Source of the DNA: an uncultured Acidobacteriota bacterium
GTDB lineage: Bacteria; Acidobacteriota; Thermoanaerobaculia; Gp7-AA8
NCBI GenBank assembly: GCA_963822445.1
Contig: CAWGHO010000003.1
Coordinates: forward strand, 544,001-608,000
Direction: 5' to 3'
DNA length: 64,000 nt
Numbering within the stretch: the first letter of the stretch is position 1; every line of letters begins with the position of its first letter. Under the pieces are notes generated by a model that saw only the letters and a program-made list of their open reading frames with translations, did not search any database and was not told the DNA's origin. Made by a program: the position numbers and the translations under genes. Positions 34,004 through 45,434 of the stretch are shown in pieces.

Positions 34004-34924
34004 ATGCGCAACGCGCTGAATCAAAAGAACTTGAATGAGCGTCCGGCGGCTCGCGCGATCCTCGCGCTGACTTTGACCGCGTCGCTCGCGGCTTTTGGCT
34101 GCACGACCAACAGAACTCCCGGAAATGGCGACCCCGTCCATCTCGATCCCCAGGTCGGACCCGCATCGGCACCGACCTCGGGCGTAACGAGCGGCTCGTC
34201 GAGCGGCACCCCGGTGGAAACTCCGCCGCCACCGCCGATGATGTCCTCGTCGACTTTCATCGAACCGCTGCCGACGGTGACCACCCGCGCGAAGCGGCTG
34301 CCGCTTTCGCCCGATGAAGCAGCGGCGGTCATGACCGGACACCAGTCCCTCAACCCCGGCGTGAAGGTCCTCGGACCGGTGAATCCTGGCCCGTCGACGC
34401 AGCTGTCCGCCGTTGCGAACGGCCCGTCAACGATCGGCCCGGTGGCGACGAACACCATCAACAATTCGATCAACTCCGCCGGCCGCGTCGGGGGGGCTGT
34501 CAGCAGCGGGCCTCTCTCAGCGACCGACGTCGCGGTGATCAACAACGCGACCATCGCCGGTACGACAGGCGTCGCGTCCACTGCCGGAAACACCGTCGCC
34601 ACACCGACCAACGCCGCCGTACCGGTGAGCCCGGGCACGTTCTCGGCGGGTCCGAGCGTTGCGACCAGCGCAACCCCGGGCGTCGTGACCAACGCCAGCG
34701 CGGGTAACACCACGCCGCTCACGCCGACCACTGCGGCGTCGGCCAATCCGACGCCGACCGCGACCAGCGGAACGACCGTCATCAACCCTGGTACCGCGCC
34801 GACGGTCTCGCGCTCGACGACGACCGCAGCCACCACAACGACAACTGCAGCATCGACCGCAGCACCAGCCCGCACCGTGATCAGTAACACGAGCGGCAGG
34901 GTGACCGCGAGCAAACCGAAGTAG
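34004..34924 (+). CDS. Low-complexity Thr/Ser/Pro/Ala-rich lipoprotein
   Basis: AGGAGG RBS; lipobox AFGC; T/S/P/A-rich body. Confidence 0.7.
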   Translation: MRNALNQKNLNERPAARAILALTLTASLAAFGCTTNRTPGNGDPVHLDPQVGPASAPTSGVTSGSSSGTPVETPPPPPMMSSSTFIEPLPTVTTRAKRLPLSPDEAAAVMTGHQSLNPGVKVLGPVNPGPSTQLSAVANGPSTIGPVATNTINNSINSAGRVGGAVSSGPLSATDVAVINNATIAGTTGVASTAGNTVATPTNAAVPVSPGTFSAGPSVATSATPGVVTNASAGNTTPLTPTTAASANPTPTATSGTTVINPGTAPTVSRSTTTAATTTTTAASTAAPARTVISNTSGRVTASKPK

Positions 34925-34971
34925 CGTGATTCGCGCGGCGAGCTGACGCTCGCCGCGCAACCCCGAGCCCC

Positions 34972-35721
34972 ATGGCAGAGATCCGCATCGGCACCTCCGG
35001 CTATCACTACAAACACTGGGTCGGCCGTTACTACCCGGCCGATATCAAGCCGAATCAGATGCTCGCGCACTACCTGCGCGACTTCGACACCGTCGAGTTG
35101 AACAACACCTTTTACCAATTGCCCAACGAGTCCACCTTCGACAACTGGCGGGACTCGACTCCTCCCGGGTTTCTCTACGCGGTCAAAGGCAGCCGCTTCA
35201 TCACCCACATGATCAAGCTCAAGGACGCGCAGCGCGGCCTGACCAACTTCATGCCCCGCGCCGAGCGGCTGGGCGACAAGCTCGGCCCGATCCTCTGGCA
35301 ATTGCCGCCGGGATGGAAAGTCAACGTCGAGCGGCTCAAGGAGTTCCTCTCCATCCTCCCGCCGCAGCATCGCTACACCTTCGAGCTTCGCAACGAGACG
35401 TGGATGACCGATCAGGTCCTGGAAGTCCTCCGCAAGTACAACGCCGCGTTCTGCATCTACGAGCTCGCCGGCTACCACTCTCCAATCGAGATCACCGCCG
35501 ACTGGACCTACATCCGCCTGCACGGCCCGACCCGTTTCAAATATCAGGGGAGCTACAAGGACAAGCAGATGGAGGAGTGGGCGGAGCGGATCAGAGGCTG
35601 GTCGCGAAAGATGAAAGCCATCTACGTCTACTTCGACAACGACGATCGCGCCTACGCCGTCGACAATGCCCTGACGCTGAAGAAGATGCTGGGGCGGCTC
35701 GTGCAGAGGCGAGCCGCGTAA
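34972..35721 (+). CDS. DUF72 family protein
   Basis: IGTSG, TVELNNTFY, WQLPP, YIRLHG, YFDND. Confidence 0.93.
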   Translation: MAEIRIGTSGYHYKHWVGRYYPADIKPNQMLAHYLRDFDTVELNNTFYQLPNESTFDNWRDSTPPGFLYAVKGSRFITHMIKLKDAQRGLTNFMPRAERLGDKLGPILWQLPPGWKVNVERLKEFLSILPPQHRYTFELRNETWMTDQVLEVLRKYNAAFCIYELAGYHSPIEITADWTYIRLHGPTRFKYQGSYKDKQMEEWAERIRGWSRKMKAIYVYFDNDDRAYAVDNALTLKKMLGRLVQRRAA

Positions 35722-35727
35722 CGCGAT

Positions 35728-38700
35728 TCACGCCTTGAGCGCGCCGCGACTGATGGTCAGGTCGGCGCTGCCGTAGAGCGAATAGACGAGACCGAGGGGG
35801 TTGAGTTTCGCGAGAAGAGCGCGGCGCGCTCCGAGAAGCGCGGCGCCGGCGGAACTGCCAGTGAGGAAGCGCGAGAGGAACTCCTTCGCCATCTCACCAG
35901 CCAGCAACTCCCAGATCGTGACCTCCGTGCCGATGACGGCGGACGCCTTGCGGCCCGCGATGAAGCGGCGGATGAGCTCCGCCGGCACGTTCGGGTTGAA
36001 TCCTCCCGCGGTGTCACAACCGTTCATGAAGACGAGAGGCGCGCGCGACCAGTCCGCTCCGTCGAAATCGACCGAGGTCAGTCCGTCGTCGGCGGGAGGC
36101 TGGCCGAAGTCGAGCGCCGGCTCGAGATTGCGTCCCGCCGCGTCTTTGCGCCCTGGCCGTCCGTGACAGTAGAAGTAGATGACGTTCGCGTCCGTATCCC
36201 CGGTGAGGACATCGCGAATCAGGGCAGCGTCAGAATGCAGTGGATCGATCAAGGCCGCCGCTGCGTTTTTTACTGCATCCCGGAGAGCCGTCTCGTGCGG
36301 TTTGGCGAAACGAAGATGACGGTTGAACGCCGCGAACACTTGCGGCGAGCTTCCGGTCTTGATCGTCGTCGGCGACGCGGCCGCTGATTCGGGAGACTTG
36401 ACCTGCTGGCCCGGCATCTCGATCTCGTACTTGAAACCCCAGAACCGTCGCGGGCAGACAACCGACTCGGGACAATAGATCTCTTCGCCGCGGGCACGCC
36501 GCGCTGCATTTTCGTCGGGATCGAGGAGGCACCCCGGTGCCGTAGTGCAATCTCCCGGCGGCATCACGCCATCGCTGTCGGGGATCCCGGCGCGGCAGAG
36601 ACCACGCTTCACGGGGACTTCGCTCGCCGGGTCGCCTCGGATCTCGAAGTGCCGATGCTCGAGTTGGATCTCGCGGTCGTACATGAGCGACCAGGGGATC
36701 ACCTTCGTGATGTCGATGTTCGCGATCTGCACGATCGTCGACTGCTGGTCGAGCTTTTCGCGCAACGCTTCCCGCTTCGCTCGGTTGATCATGACCGAAC
36801 TGCAGATGTTCCAACCGGCGGTAGCCATGTCGAAGAGCAGATCCGCAAGCTCCTCTTCGTCGCCGCGGTTCTCGTCGAGGTAGCGGTAAACGCCTTTGAC
36901 GTTCTGCGAGGCCGCCTTCAACGCCAGGCGGGCGTTCTCCACTTTGCTGCCGAAGAGGTCATCGGCAACCGCGGTGAAGTGATCGTCGGCCTTCATCGTG
37001 ACGACCTTCTGGCCCGCACTTTCATTCGCGACGATGGACAACGTGCGGGCAGGGAGCGACGGGGCCTCGTCGATACCGCCGATGTTCGCGTACTCGAGCC
37101 GCGCCGCGTATCCGAAGTTGCCCGCGTTCTCGATCTCGTCCATGGTCAGGTCGAGTGCTTTGGACAGGAGCGGCACCGGAAAATCGGTCGCCGTTTCGAG
37201 TACCGCTGCGACGCGATACGACTGCACGACACTGTTCTTGTAGTAGATCGAGAAACGGAGCCGGGCCACGCCGGGGAGGACCGTGTCGTGCCTCGGCCGC
37301 AATGCGAACGTGACCAGTTCGGTCGGCTCACCGCCGGCCGGGAGCCAGAGCTGTTGCACGGCGTCGCCGCGATTCTCGAAGTCGAGCGGCGTCACACCGA
37401 TCTCGATCCACCCGCCAGTCGAATCGGGCCGCCAGCGAAAGACCTCCTCGACCAGAGCGGTCGAACCGAAGGTCGTGATCAGTTCGTTTTTCGGGCCGAT
37501 CTGCACGCCGAAATGAACGACCTTGCCCGGAACGAGGCGATCACTCTCCGGAAGCTGTTCGAGAACGCCTTCGGAAGTGACGTCGTAGAACGCGCTGTTC
37601 ACGTGCCGGACTTTCGCCGCCTCGGAAGCCTCCGCCCTTCGCGCCGCCGTCGCCGCCCGCGTCCGTTTCACATCCGGGCCGACCGCACGCTTGACGGCGC
37701 GAACATGCTTGGCGAGCGGCAGGACACCCTCGCTTTCGTGGTCCTCGAACACGTACTGCTTCATGTCCGTTCTGATCAGGCCGAGCTCGGGGAGCATCGC
37801 GGTGCCGAGGTTTTCCGACAGCGTGCGGACCGGCATGGTCTGCGTGCCATCACGCAGGACCACGTACGAGTGATCGCGAAGGCCTTTCGGGGCGTAGCCA
37901 TGCTTCCCGAGCACCGTCGAGAAAACGTCTGCGGCGAGCCCCGCGGCCGGTTCGTCGATCGTGCCGAGGTCGATGCTGTCCTGGGAGATGCCGATCGACC
38001 TCATGGCCGTACGAACCGCGTTTTCCACGTCGGCGGCGGGCAGCGCGGAGGCCCGACGGATCTCGGCGGCCACTTCAGGCCGCGAAAATGCTTCGCCGAT
38101 CGCCGAAAAACGAAGCGCTTCTTCGCGGCCGCCGCCGGCGAACAACGCGACGTCGTGCTGGCGATACAGACCGCGGATGTAGTCGAGCGGGCGGTCGTGG
38201 ACGAAGTAGTCGTAGAACAGCTCCAGGCCGTTCCGCCGGTCGCTCACCCACACCGCCGGGCCGCCGCGCGCGACGAGCAGGTGTGCCATACGCCGCAGAC
38301 GCGGCAGATCCTCCTGATCCGCCTGGATGATGATCAGGCGGGTCTGCCATTGCGTCGCGATCGCTTCCAGCCAGCCCGCGGTGCCGGGCGCGTCGCGCGC
38401 GGTCGTGCTGAGACAGTTCTCCCAAAGCCCGCTGCAGTTCCACTGGAGGATGTCGACCCGCGGCCATTCCGCGGAGGCCAGGAAGTCCCGGACGTGGCTT
38501 TCCGACGCGACGCCGACCTCGATCGCCCGCGACCACTCCGCACCGCGAAACGCGCGATGGATGTCGGCTGTCGCCTGAGGCCTGAATCCGACATCGAGCA
38601 CGCGCAGCGGGAACGTGAGTGGGATCTGCAGAGCGCGCGGGCGGGTCTGGGAGACGCGCACGACGAGGGGTGGAACGGTATTGCGCCGCTCCAGTGCGTT

Positions 38701-38904
38701 CGCGATCACGGCTTCCCATGGAATGCCCGCGAGATCGCCGTCGGTCATCTCCAATGTCACGCGGCGTAGGTCGAAATCATCAGAGGGCGGCTGCAGATCG
38801 TCGCGGTCGAGCGCCGCGGTGATCGTGAGAATCAGGTCCGCGACGTCCTCCCTGGTCTGATCGACCACGAGAGCGATGTCCGTTCGCTTGTAGTGTTCGG
38901 TCAT
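35728..38904 (-). CDS. CHAT (caspase-like) domain protein with degenerate N-terminal CHAT-like repeat
   Basis: C-terminal YFYCHG and LVFMNGC catalytic dyad, IPWSL, FWG; N-terminal LAGIPWE/PLRVL without the dyad. Confidence 0.78.
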   Translation of the reverse strand: MTEHYKRTDIALVVDQTREDVADLILTITAALDRDDLQPPSDDFDLRRVTLEMTDGDLAGIPWEAVIANALERRNTVPPLVVRVSQTRPRALQIPLTFPLRVLDVGFRPQATADIHRAFRGAEWSRAIEVGVASESHVRDFLASAEWPRVDILQWNCSGLWENCLSTTARDAPGTAGWLEAIATQWQTRLIIIQADQEDLPRLRRMAHLLVARGGPAVWVSDRRNGLELFYDYFVHDRPLDYIRGLYRQHDVALFAGGGREEALRFSAIGEAFSRPEVAAEIRRASALPAADVENAVRTAMRSIGISQDSIDLGTIDEPAAGLAADVFSTVLGKHGYAPKGLRDHSYVVLRDGTQTMPVRTLSENLGTAMLPELGLIRTDMKQYVFEDHESEGVLPLAKHVRAVKRAVGPDVKRTRAATAARRAEASEAAKVRHVNSAFYDVTSEGVLEQLPESDRLVPGKVVHFGVQIGPKNELITTFGSTALVEEVFRWRPDSTGGWIEIGVTPLDFENRGDAVQQLWLPAGGEPTELVTFALRPRHDTVLPGVARLRFSIYYKNSVVQSYRVAAVLETATDFPVPLLSKALDLTMDEIENAGNFGYAARLEYANIGGIDEAPSLPARTLSIVANESAGQKVVTMKADDHFTAVADDLFGSKVENARLALKAASQNVKGVYRYLDENRGDEEELADLLFDMATAGWNICSSVMINRAKREALREKLDQQSTIVQIANIDITKVIPWSLMYDREIQLEHRHFEIRGDPASEVPVKRGLCRAGIPDSDGVMPPGDCTTAPGCLLDPDENAARRARGEEIYCPESVVCPRRFWGFKYEIEMPGQQVKSPESAAASPTTIKTGSSPQVFAAFNRHLRFAKPHETALRDAVKNAAAALIDPLHSDAALIRDVLTGDTDANVIYFYCHGRPGRKDAAGRNLEPALDFGQPPADDGLTSVDFDGADWSRAPLVFMNGCDTAGGFNPNVPAELIRRFIAGRKASAVIGTEVTIWELLAGEMAKEFLSRFLTGSSAGAALLGARRALLAKLNPLGLVYSLYGSADLTISRGALKA

Positions 38905-38908
38905 GGCG

Positions 38909-41011
38909 TCACCATTTCTCGCGGTCGAGAAGATCGGACAGTCCGTTGAAGCTCAATTGATGGAGACCGGCGCCCCACAGGAAGGCGACGAGGTAGGCCT
39001 GCGGTCCGCCCCATGTCCAGTCGTCACTCCACAGCACCTTCAGTCCGAAAAGCACGGCCAGGGTCGCGATGATGAGCGTCGCAAGGACGTCGGCGACGCG
39101 CTGCTTCCTCTTGAACAACTCGGGCGCGTCTGGTGCCGCAATGTCGCGCCACCGCACGGCCGGCAGCCAGTCACCGAAGATGACGTCGGTCGCGTCGCCT
39201 CCCACGGCGGCGGCGGTGCTCGTTTGGGGCGAGCCTCCCAGGAGCTGAGCGAAACGGGTTTGCAACGCGTCGATGCGCCGGGTGGCGCCATCCAACTGAT
39301 GCTCCGCGGCGGCCTGCCGGAGCGCTTCCACGTCCGCCTTCAATGCCAGCAAGGCGTCGTCCTCCGGCAGTTTTTTCAGCTCGACGTCGATGGCGGAGGC
39401 GAGTGCGTCCGCCGTTCGCGGGACGAATTTCGTAATGGCCAGGCGAAGCTGGGTAAGGGCGACCGAAGCATCATCGGATGCCATCGCCGCATCCAGCGAT
39501 GCCTGAACGTCCTGAACCAGCTCCGGCCATTGCTCTTTCGGAAAGCTGTGGGGCTTGTTCGTCAATTGCCGGCGGAGGACCGCGGCGAACGCCTTGACGT
39601 AGTCGAGCTCCAGGTTGCGGGCCTGAAGCAGTGCCTCCGGCATGGTGGCCGAGTTCAGCTGGGCTTCGATGGCCGGGATCCGCTGCAGGAGCGGTTGCAG
39701 CTCCGGCTCGTTCGAGCTCGTGATCGCCTTCCGCAGCGTGTCGAGCTGCCCCTGAATCTCGGCCCGCAGCGCGGCATCGACGGTGTTACGAAGATTGCCC
39801 AATGCCGAGACTTGCAGTTGTACGGTGTCAACGGTCGCGTTCTCGTCGTGCAGCACGTTGGCGGCGTCGTCGAGCCCCTTCCGAGCGACAGTCGCAGTCT
39901 GACGCGGCAGCGACGCGCCGGACAGGTGAGCGTGGTTGTCGATCCACGCTCGCAGCAGAGGGAGCTTCGCCTCGTAGATGGCGAAGTCGTTGGTGCCGAG
40001 GATGCGTCCGCCGAGCGAGAGCGTCTCGTAGCGGTGCTCCAGCGAGCGCTCGAGCCGGTCGACGTGCTCCTCGGCCACGGGGTCGTTCAACGGCGCGCGG
40101 ATGTTGCCCAACGCGTCGACCAGCCCGGAGAGCCGGCGCTGCAGGGCCAGCCGGGGGCGAAGGACTTTCGTGAGATACCTGAGGATGAGCGAGATGGCTA
40201 CGCCGAAGAGAATCCACGCGGCGGCGAGGCCCCACGAGTGCCGCACGAACAACGTGACCGGCGTCGACATCACGGGCTCGGCGCGGCCCGTGCGGAGAAC
40301 GATCGTCGCTTCGTACTGGCCGGGCCGGTTGATGCCCGTGATCGAGACCGGCACGTGACGCCATTCGTCCGGACCGAGCTCGAGGGGCTTTCCGGCGTTG
40401 AGCTCGAGCTTCGGGTCGGGGGCCGCGAAGGAGACTTTGTCGTTCACCTTCAAAGCAAGCCGTGCTGACGCCTGAATGTCGTTGGCGGCCTGCCCGGCTG
40501 TTTCGTGGAGCAGGACGTCGAAGGACGTACCGGTGCTCCAGGAAAGCAAGGGGATGGGGACGCGCTGGCCGGGGACGTCGCCGATCGACAATGAAGTTTT
40601 CGGCGCCCCGATGCGGGTGAACCTGACCGCGATTCCTGTCGCGGACACGCCGTCCCCGGACAACCAGACCATCGTGGTTTGCTCGCCGAGCCCCGGCAGA
40701 TGCATCCGCAGGTCGATCGCTTTGCGGCCGAACGTTTCCACGCTGTCGAAGAGGAGTGCGTTGCCGGGAAGCATGTTTCCCTGCGCGTCGGCGGCCGTGA
40801 GGCCGGTTCCCCAGACGCGAACGTTGGTGATGGGACTTACCGTTGTGTTGACCAGCGTGAGCGCGAGCCGGGGATGAGCCGTGGTGAGATTCGAGAATTT
40901 CACGCCATCAGCCGTGGCCTCCGCCAGGGTCAACGAAGGTGCTTGCGCCAATGAAGAAAACGCAAGTCCAGCGGCAACAACGGCAAACGCGCATCTGTGC
41001 GCACGCGTCAT
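38909..41011 (-). CDS. Hypothetical membrane protein (signal peptide, extracytoplasmic beta domain, TM, helical region, 2 C-terminal TM)
   Basis: GGAGG RBS; hydrophobic segments WGLAAAWILFGVAISLIL, LATLIIATLAVLFGL, AYLVAFLWGAGL; 4 bp upstream of the CHAT gene. Confidence 0.7.
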   Translation of the reverse strand: MTRAHRCAFAVVAAGLAFSSLAQAPSLTLAEATADGVKFSNLTTAHPRLALTLVNTTVSPITNVRVWGTGLTAADAQGNMLPGNALLFDSVETFGRKAIDLRMHLPGLGEQTTMVWLSGDGVSATGIAVRFTRIGAPKTSLSIGDVPGQRVPIPLLSWSTGTSFDVLLHETAGQAANDIQASARLALKVNDKVSFAAPDPKLELNAGKPLELGPDEWRHVPVSITGINRPGQYEATIVLRTGRAEPVMSTPVTLFVRHSWGLAAAWILFGVAISLILRYLTKVLRPRLALQRRLSGLVDALGNIRAPLNDPVAEEHVDRLERSLEHRYETLSLGGRILGTNDFAIYEAKLPLLRAWIDNHAHLSGASLPRQTATVARKGLDDAANVLHDENATVDTVQLQVSALGNLRNTVDAALRAEIQGQLDTLRKAITSSNEPELQPLLQRIPAIEAQLNSATMPEALLQARNLELDYVKAFAAVLRRQLTNKPHSFPKEQWPELVQDVQASLDAAMASDDASVALTQLRLAITKFVPRTADALASAIDVELKKLPEDDALLALKADVEALRQAAAEHQLDGATRRIDALQTRFAQLLGGSPQTSTAAAVGGDATDVIFGDWLPAVRWRDIAAPDAPELFKRKQRVADVLATLIIATLAVLFGLKVLWSDDWTWGGPQAYLVAFLWGAGLHQLSFNGLSDLLDREKW

Positions 41012-41094
41012 CGTTCCTCCTACAGGTTGAGCCGGATCTGTCCATCTTAATGGAGAGACAGCGATCCGGCTTTACCTTGTGGAGGCGCTGAGAA

Positions 41095-41805
41095 CTACCG
41101 CCGATTGCCGCCGAAGAGGCGCAGCAGCATCAGGAACAGGTTGATGAAGGCGATGTAGAGCACCAGCGCGCCGAGGATCGAGTAGTGCTCGCGATGTTCC
41201 GCGGAGGTGGCCATCGTCTTGAGCTGCTGGTTGTAGTAGGCGGTGAGGCCGAGGAAGACCAGGACGCCGATCGCGGAGAGCATGAAGTCCAGCGCGCTCG
41301 ACTTGAGGAACATGTTCACCAGGAAGCCGGCGAAGAGGCCCCACGCGCCCATGACCAGGAAGGAGCCCATCGACGTCAGGCTGCGCTTGGTCACGTAGCC
41401 GTAGATGGCCATGCCCGCGAACATCACCGCGGCACTGGCGAAGGCCTGGAAGATCGCCGCGCGCGTGAAGATGAGGAAGATCACGCTCAGGGTCAGCCCG
41501 TTCAGGAGCGAGTAGACCAGGAACGCCGACGCGGCGGTCGACGGCTGCATGTGATGGATCCGGACCTGGACCCACATCGCCAGGCCGAACTCGGCGATCA
41601 GCAGGCCGTAGAAGACCACCCGGTTCTGCAGCACCACCGCCTGCATGGCCGGCGAATACAGAACCCACAGCGCGGCCGCGGTGGTGATGGCCAGGCCACC
41701 GAACATCCAGGCGTAGACGCTGCGGACGAACTCTCGGACGCGGACGTCAGTGTCGACGGCTGCGCCGATCCAGGCGGGCTGTTCGGGACGGTAGGAGTTG
41801 CTCAT
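41095..41805 (-). CDS. Bax inhibitor-1/YccA family membrane protein
   Basis: FVRSVYAWM..GL, LNGLTLS, GALVLYIAFINLF; about 7 TM. Confidence 0.92.
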   Translation of the reverse strand: MSNSYRPEQPAWIGAAVDTDVRVREFVRSVYAWMFGGLAITTAAALWVLYSPAMQAVVLQNRVVFYGLLIAEFGLAMWVQVRIHHMQPSTAASAFLVYSLLNGLTLSVIFLIFTRAAIFQAFASAAVMFAGMAIYGYVTKRSLTSMGSFLVMGAWGLFAGFLVNMFLKSSALDFMLSAIGVLVFLGLTAYYNQQLKTMATSAEHREHYSILGALVLYIAFINLFLMLLRLFGGNRR

Positions 41806-41951
41806 GCGCCGGATGATAGCCGCATTCGTGCCGTGCCGGAACCCTTCTTGCACGATCGGAATTTACAATGGTAGGCTCAGGTTTCGATTCGTAGCAAAAG
41901 TTGACAACGAGGCGCTCATATCGTCTCAAGTCTCAGAAGGAGAAACTACTT

Positions 41952-43860
<1,909 letters not shown>

Positions 43861-43916
43861 GAAAGCGGTCGAGCGGGCATCACTGGCGAAGAGCAAGCGC
43901 AGAGCAGACGGATTAC

Positions 43917-44268
43917 GTGATGATCTCGATCATCTCGGAGCGCTACAACATCCATCCGCAGACGCTGCGCCTGTACGAGCGGGAGGGGCTGATCAAGCCC
44001 TCCCGCACGTCAGGCAATACGCGTCTGTACGGTGAGGACGAGATCCGCAAGCTGGAGATGATCCTCTCGTCTCACCCGCGACCTGGGCGTGAATCTGGCC
44101 GGCGTGGAAGTGGTGCTGCAGCTCGCGCGGATGATGCGCGACGCGGACATGGAGTTCGACCGCCTCCTCGACTTCATCCGCCAGACCATGCTCGACAAAC
44201 GCCACGGCATCGAGCGGAGCAACGCGCTGGTGAAGGCTACCCCGCGCGGGTTGGCGAAAACGCGATAG
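43917..44268 (+). CDS. hspR: MerR-family heat-shock repressor HspR; apparent +1 frameshift near 44070, start uncertain
   Basis: [35 protein letters not shown] then [14 protein letters not shown]; directly downstream of dnaK. Confidence 0.88.
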
Positions 44269-44269
44269 C

Positions 44270-44372
44270 CGTACGGCGCGCGTCCCGCGCGCTTCGCACG
44301 GGCGTTTCCGCCCGGTGCTTACCCCACGGCGCGCGACGCGCCGCGGAAGGCGGGCGGGACGCCCGCCGTACG
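44270..44372. repeat. BIME-like four-hairpin REP module (copy 1)
   Basis: CGTAC...GACGCCCGCCGTACG termini with four internal GC hairpins; similar element at 52402. Confidence 0.75.
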
Positions 44373-45365
44373 TCACTTCACCGCGGTCAACTTCGCAAAC
44401 GCCCCCGTAGCCTGCCCCAGCACCGCGTTGGCCGCGGTCGAGTAGGCCGCGTTCGTCGTCTCGGCGACCTTCAGCCACTTCTTCCGCTTCGAATCCGCGC
44501 CGTGGAAGCTGATCACTTCGCCGGTCTTCGTATCGACCAGCGTCAGCTCGGCGAACTCGATGTCCGTGTCCAGCGCTTTGGTCATGGCCAGCGCGCCGTC
44601 GTCGCCTTTCGAGACCAGACCGCCGTAGCGCGTCTCCTCCGCGCGCACGACGCGGGTAGTGAACGTGGGAACGCTCATGGCCAGGGAGGCGCCGACTTCC
44701 GCACGGCGCGCGAGCAGGCCGCTCTTGTTGCCGCTCGACTGCATGTGCGCGAAGTCGACGACGATCAGCGGCGCGATCGTCACCGCGGCACCGGCGCTCT
44801 TCGACAGCTCGTTGAACGCGCGCATGTTCTTCTGGCTCAGACCCGCGTCGCCCCAGGCATCGCCGACCTGAAACCACAGCGGAACGCCGGCCGGCGTGAA
44901 CGCTTTCCCTTTCAGGTATCCGGCCTTCACCTCCATCGGCACCGCGGCGTTGGTCTTGAACGTCGCGTACGACGCGGGATCGACAACCACCACCTCGCGG
45001 CCCGCGGCCTTCAACTGCTCGAGGAGCCGCTGATAGGCCTGATCGGTGATGGCCTGCAGCGTCGCGTCATCGACCCCCTTCAGATCGACTTCCATCTTCG
45101 CGCTCGCCGAGCCGGTATCGCGGCCGGGCAGGTAACTGGCGCGGACGAACGCGCGGGCCTCGTTGTGCGTGACGAACACGACCCGGAAGCCGGCCACCGC
45201 GACGCGGTTGCTCTTCCCGAAGGCGGTGACCGTCTTCGCCCCGAACGTCCCTCCCATCTTTCCGTCGAACCATTCCGCGGGATTGAGATCGGGGAGGGAG
45301 ATCTGCGCGGAAGCACTGAGACACACCGACAGCAGGACCGTGAGGATCGCAAATTTGTATCGCAT
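44373..45365 (-). CDS. Hypothetical secreted protein
   Basis: Sec signal [21 protein letters not shown]; host-like codon usage. Confidence 0.7.
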   Translation of the reverse strand: MRYKFAILTVLLSVCLSASAQISLPDLNPAEWFDGKMGGTFGAKTVTAFGKSNRVAVAGFRVVFVTHNEARAFVRASYLPGRDTGSASAKMEVDLKGVDDATLQAITDQAYQRLLEQLKAAGREVVVVDPASYATFKTNAAVPMEVKAGYLKGKAFTPAGVPLWFQVGDAWGDAGLSQKNMRAFNELSKSAGAAVTIAPLIVVDFAHMQSSGNKSGLLARRAEVGASLAMSVPTFTTRVVRAEETRYGGLVSKGDDGALAMTKALDTDIEFAELTLVDTKTGEVISFHGADSKRKKWLKVAETTNAAYSTAANAVLGQATGAFAKLTAVK

Positions 45366-45434
45366 ACCCGTATATCGCGCGAACGGTAGGGAAAGTCCCT
45401 CACCGAACCTCTCCTCTGCGGGGGTAGAGAACAA

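Noticed and set aside
41880-41940. HAIR (HspR) or CIRCE operator upstream of dnaK
   Set aside because: Only partial matches (TTGACA...GCTCA, TCTCAAG) to CTTGAGT-N7-ACTCAAG; too weak to call
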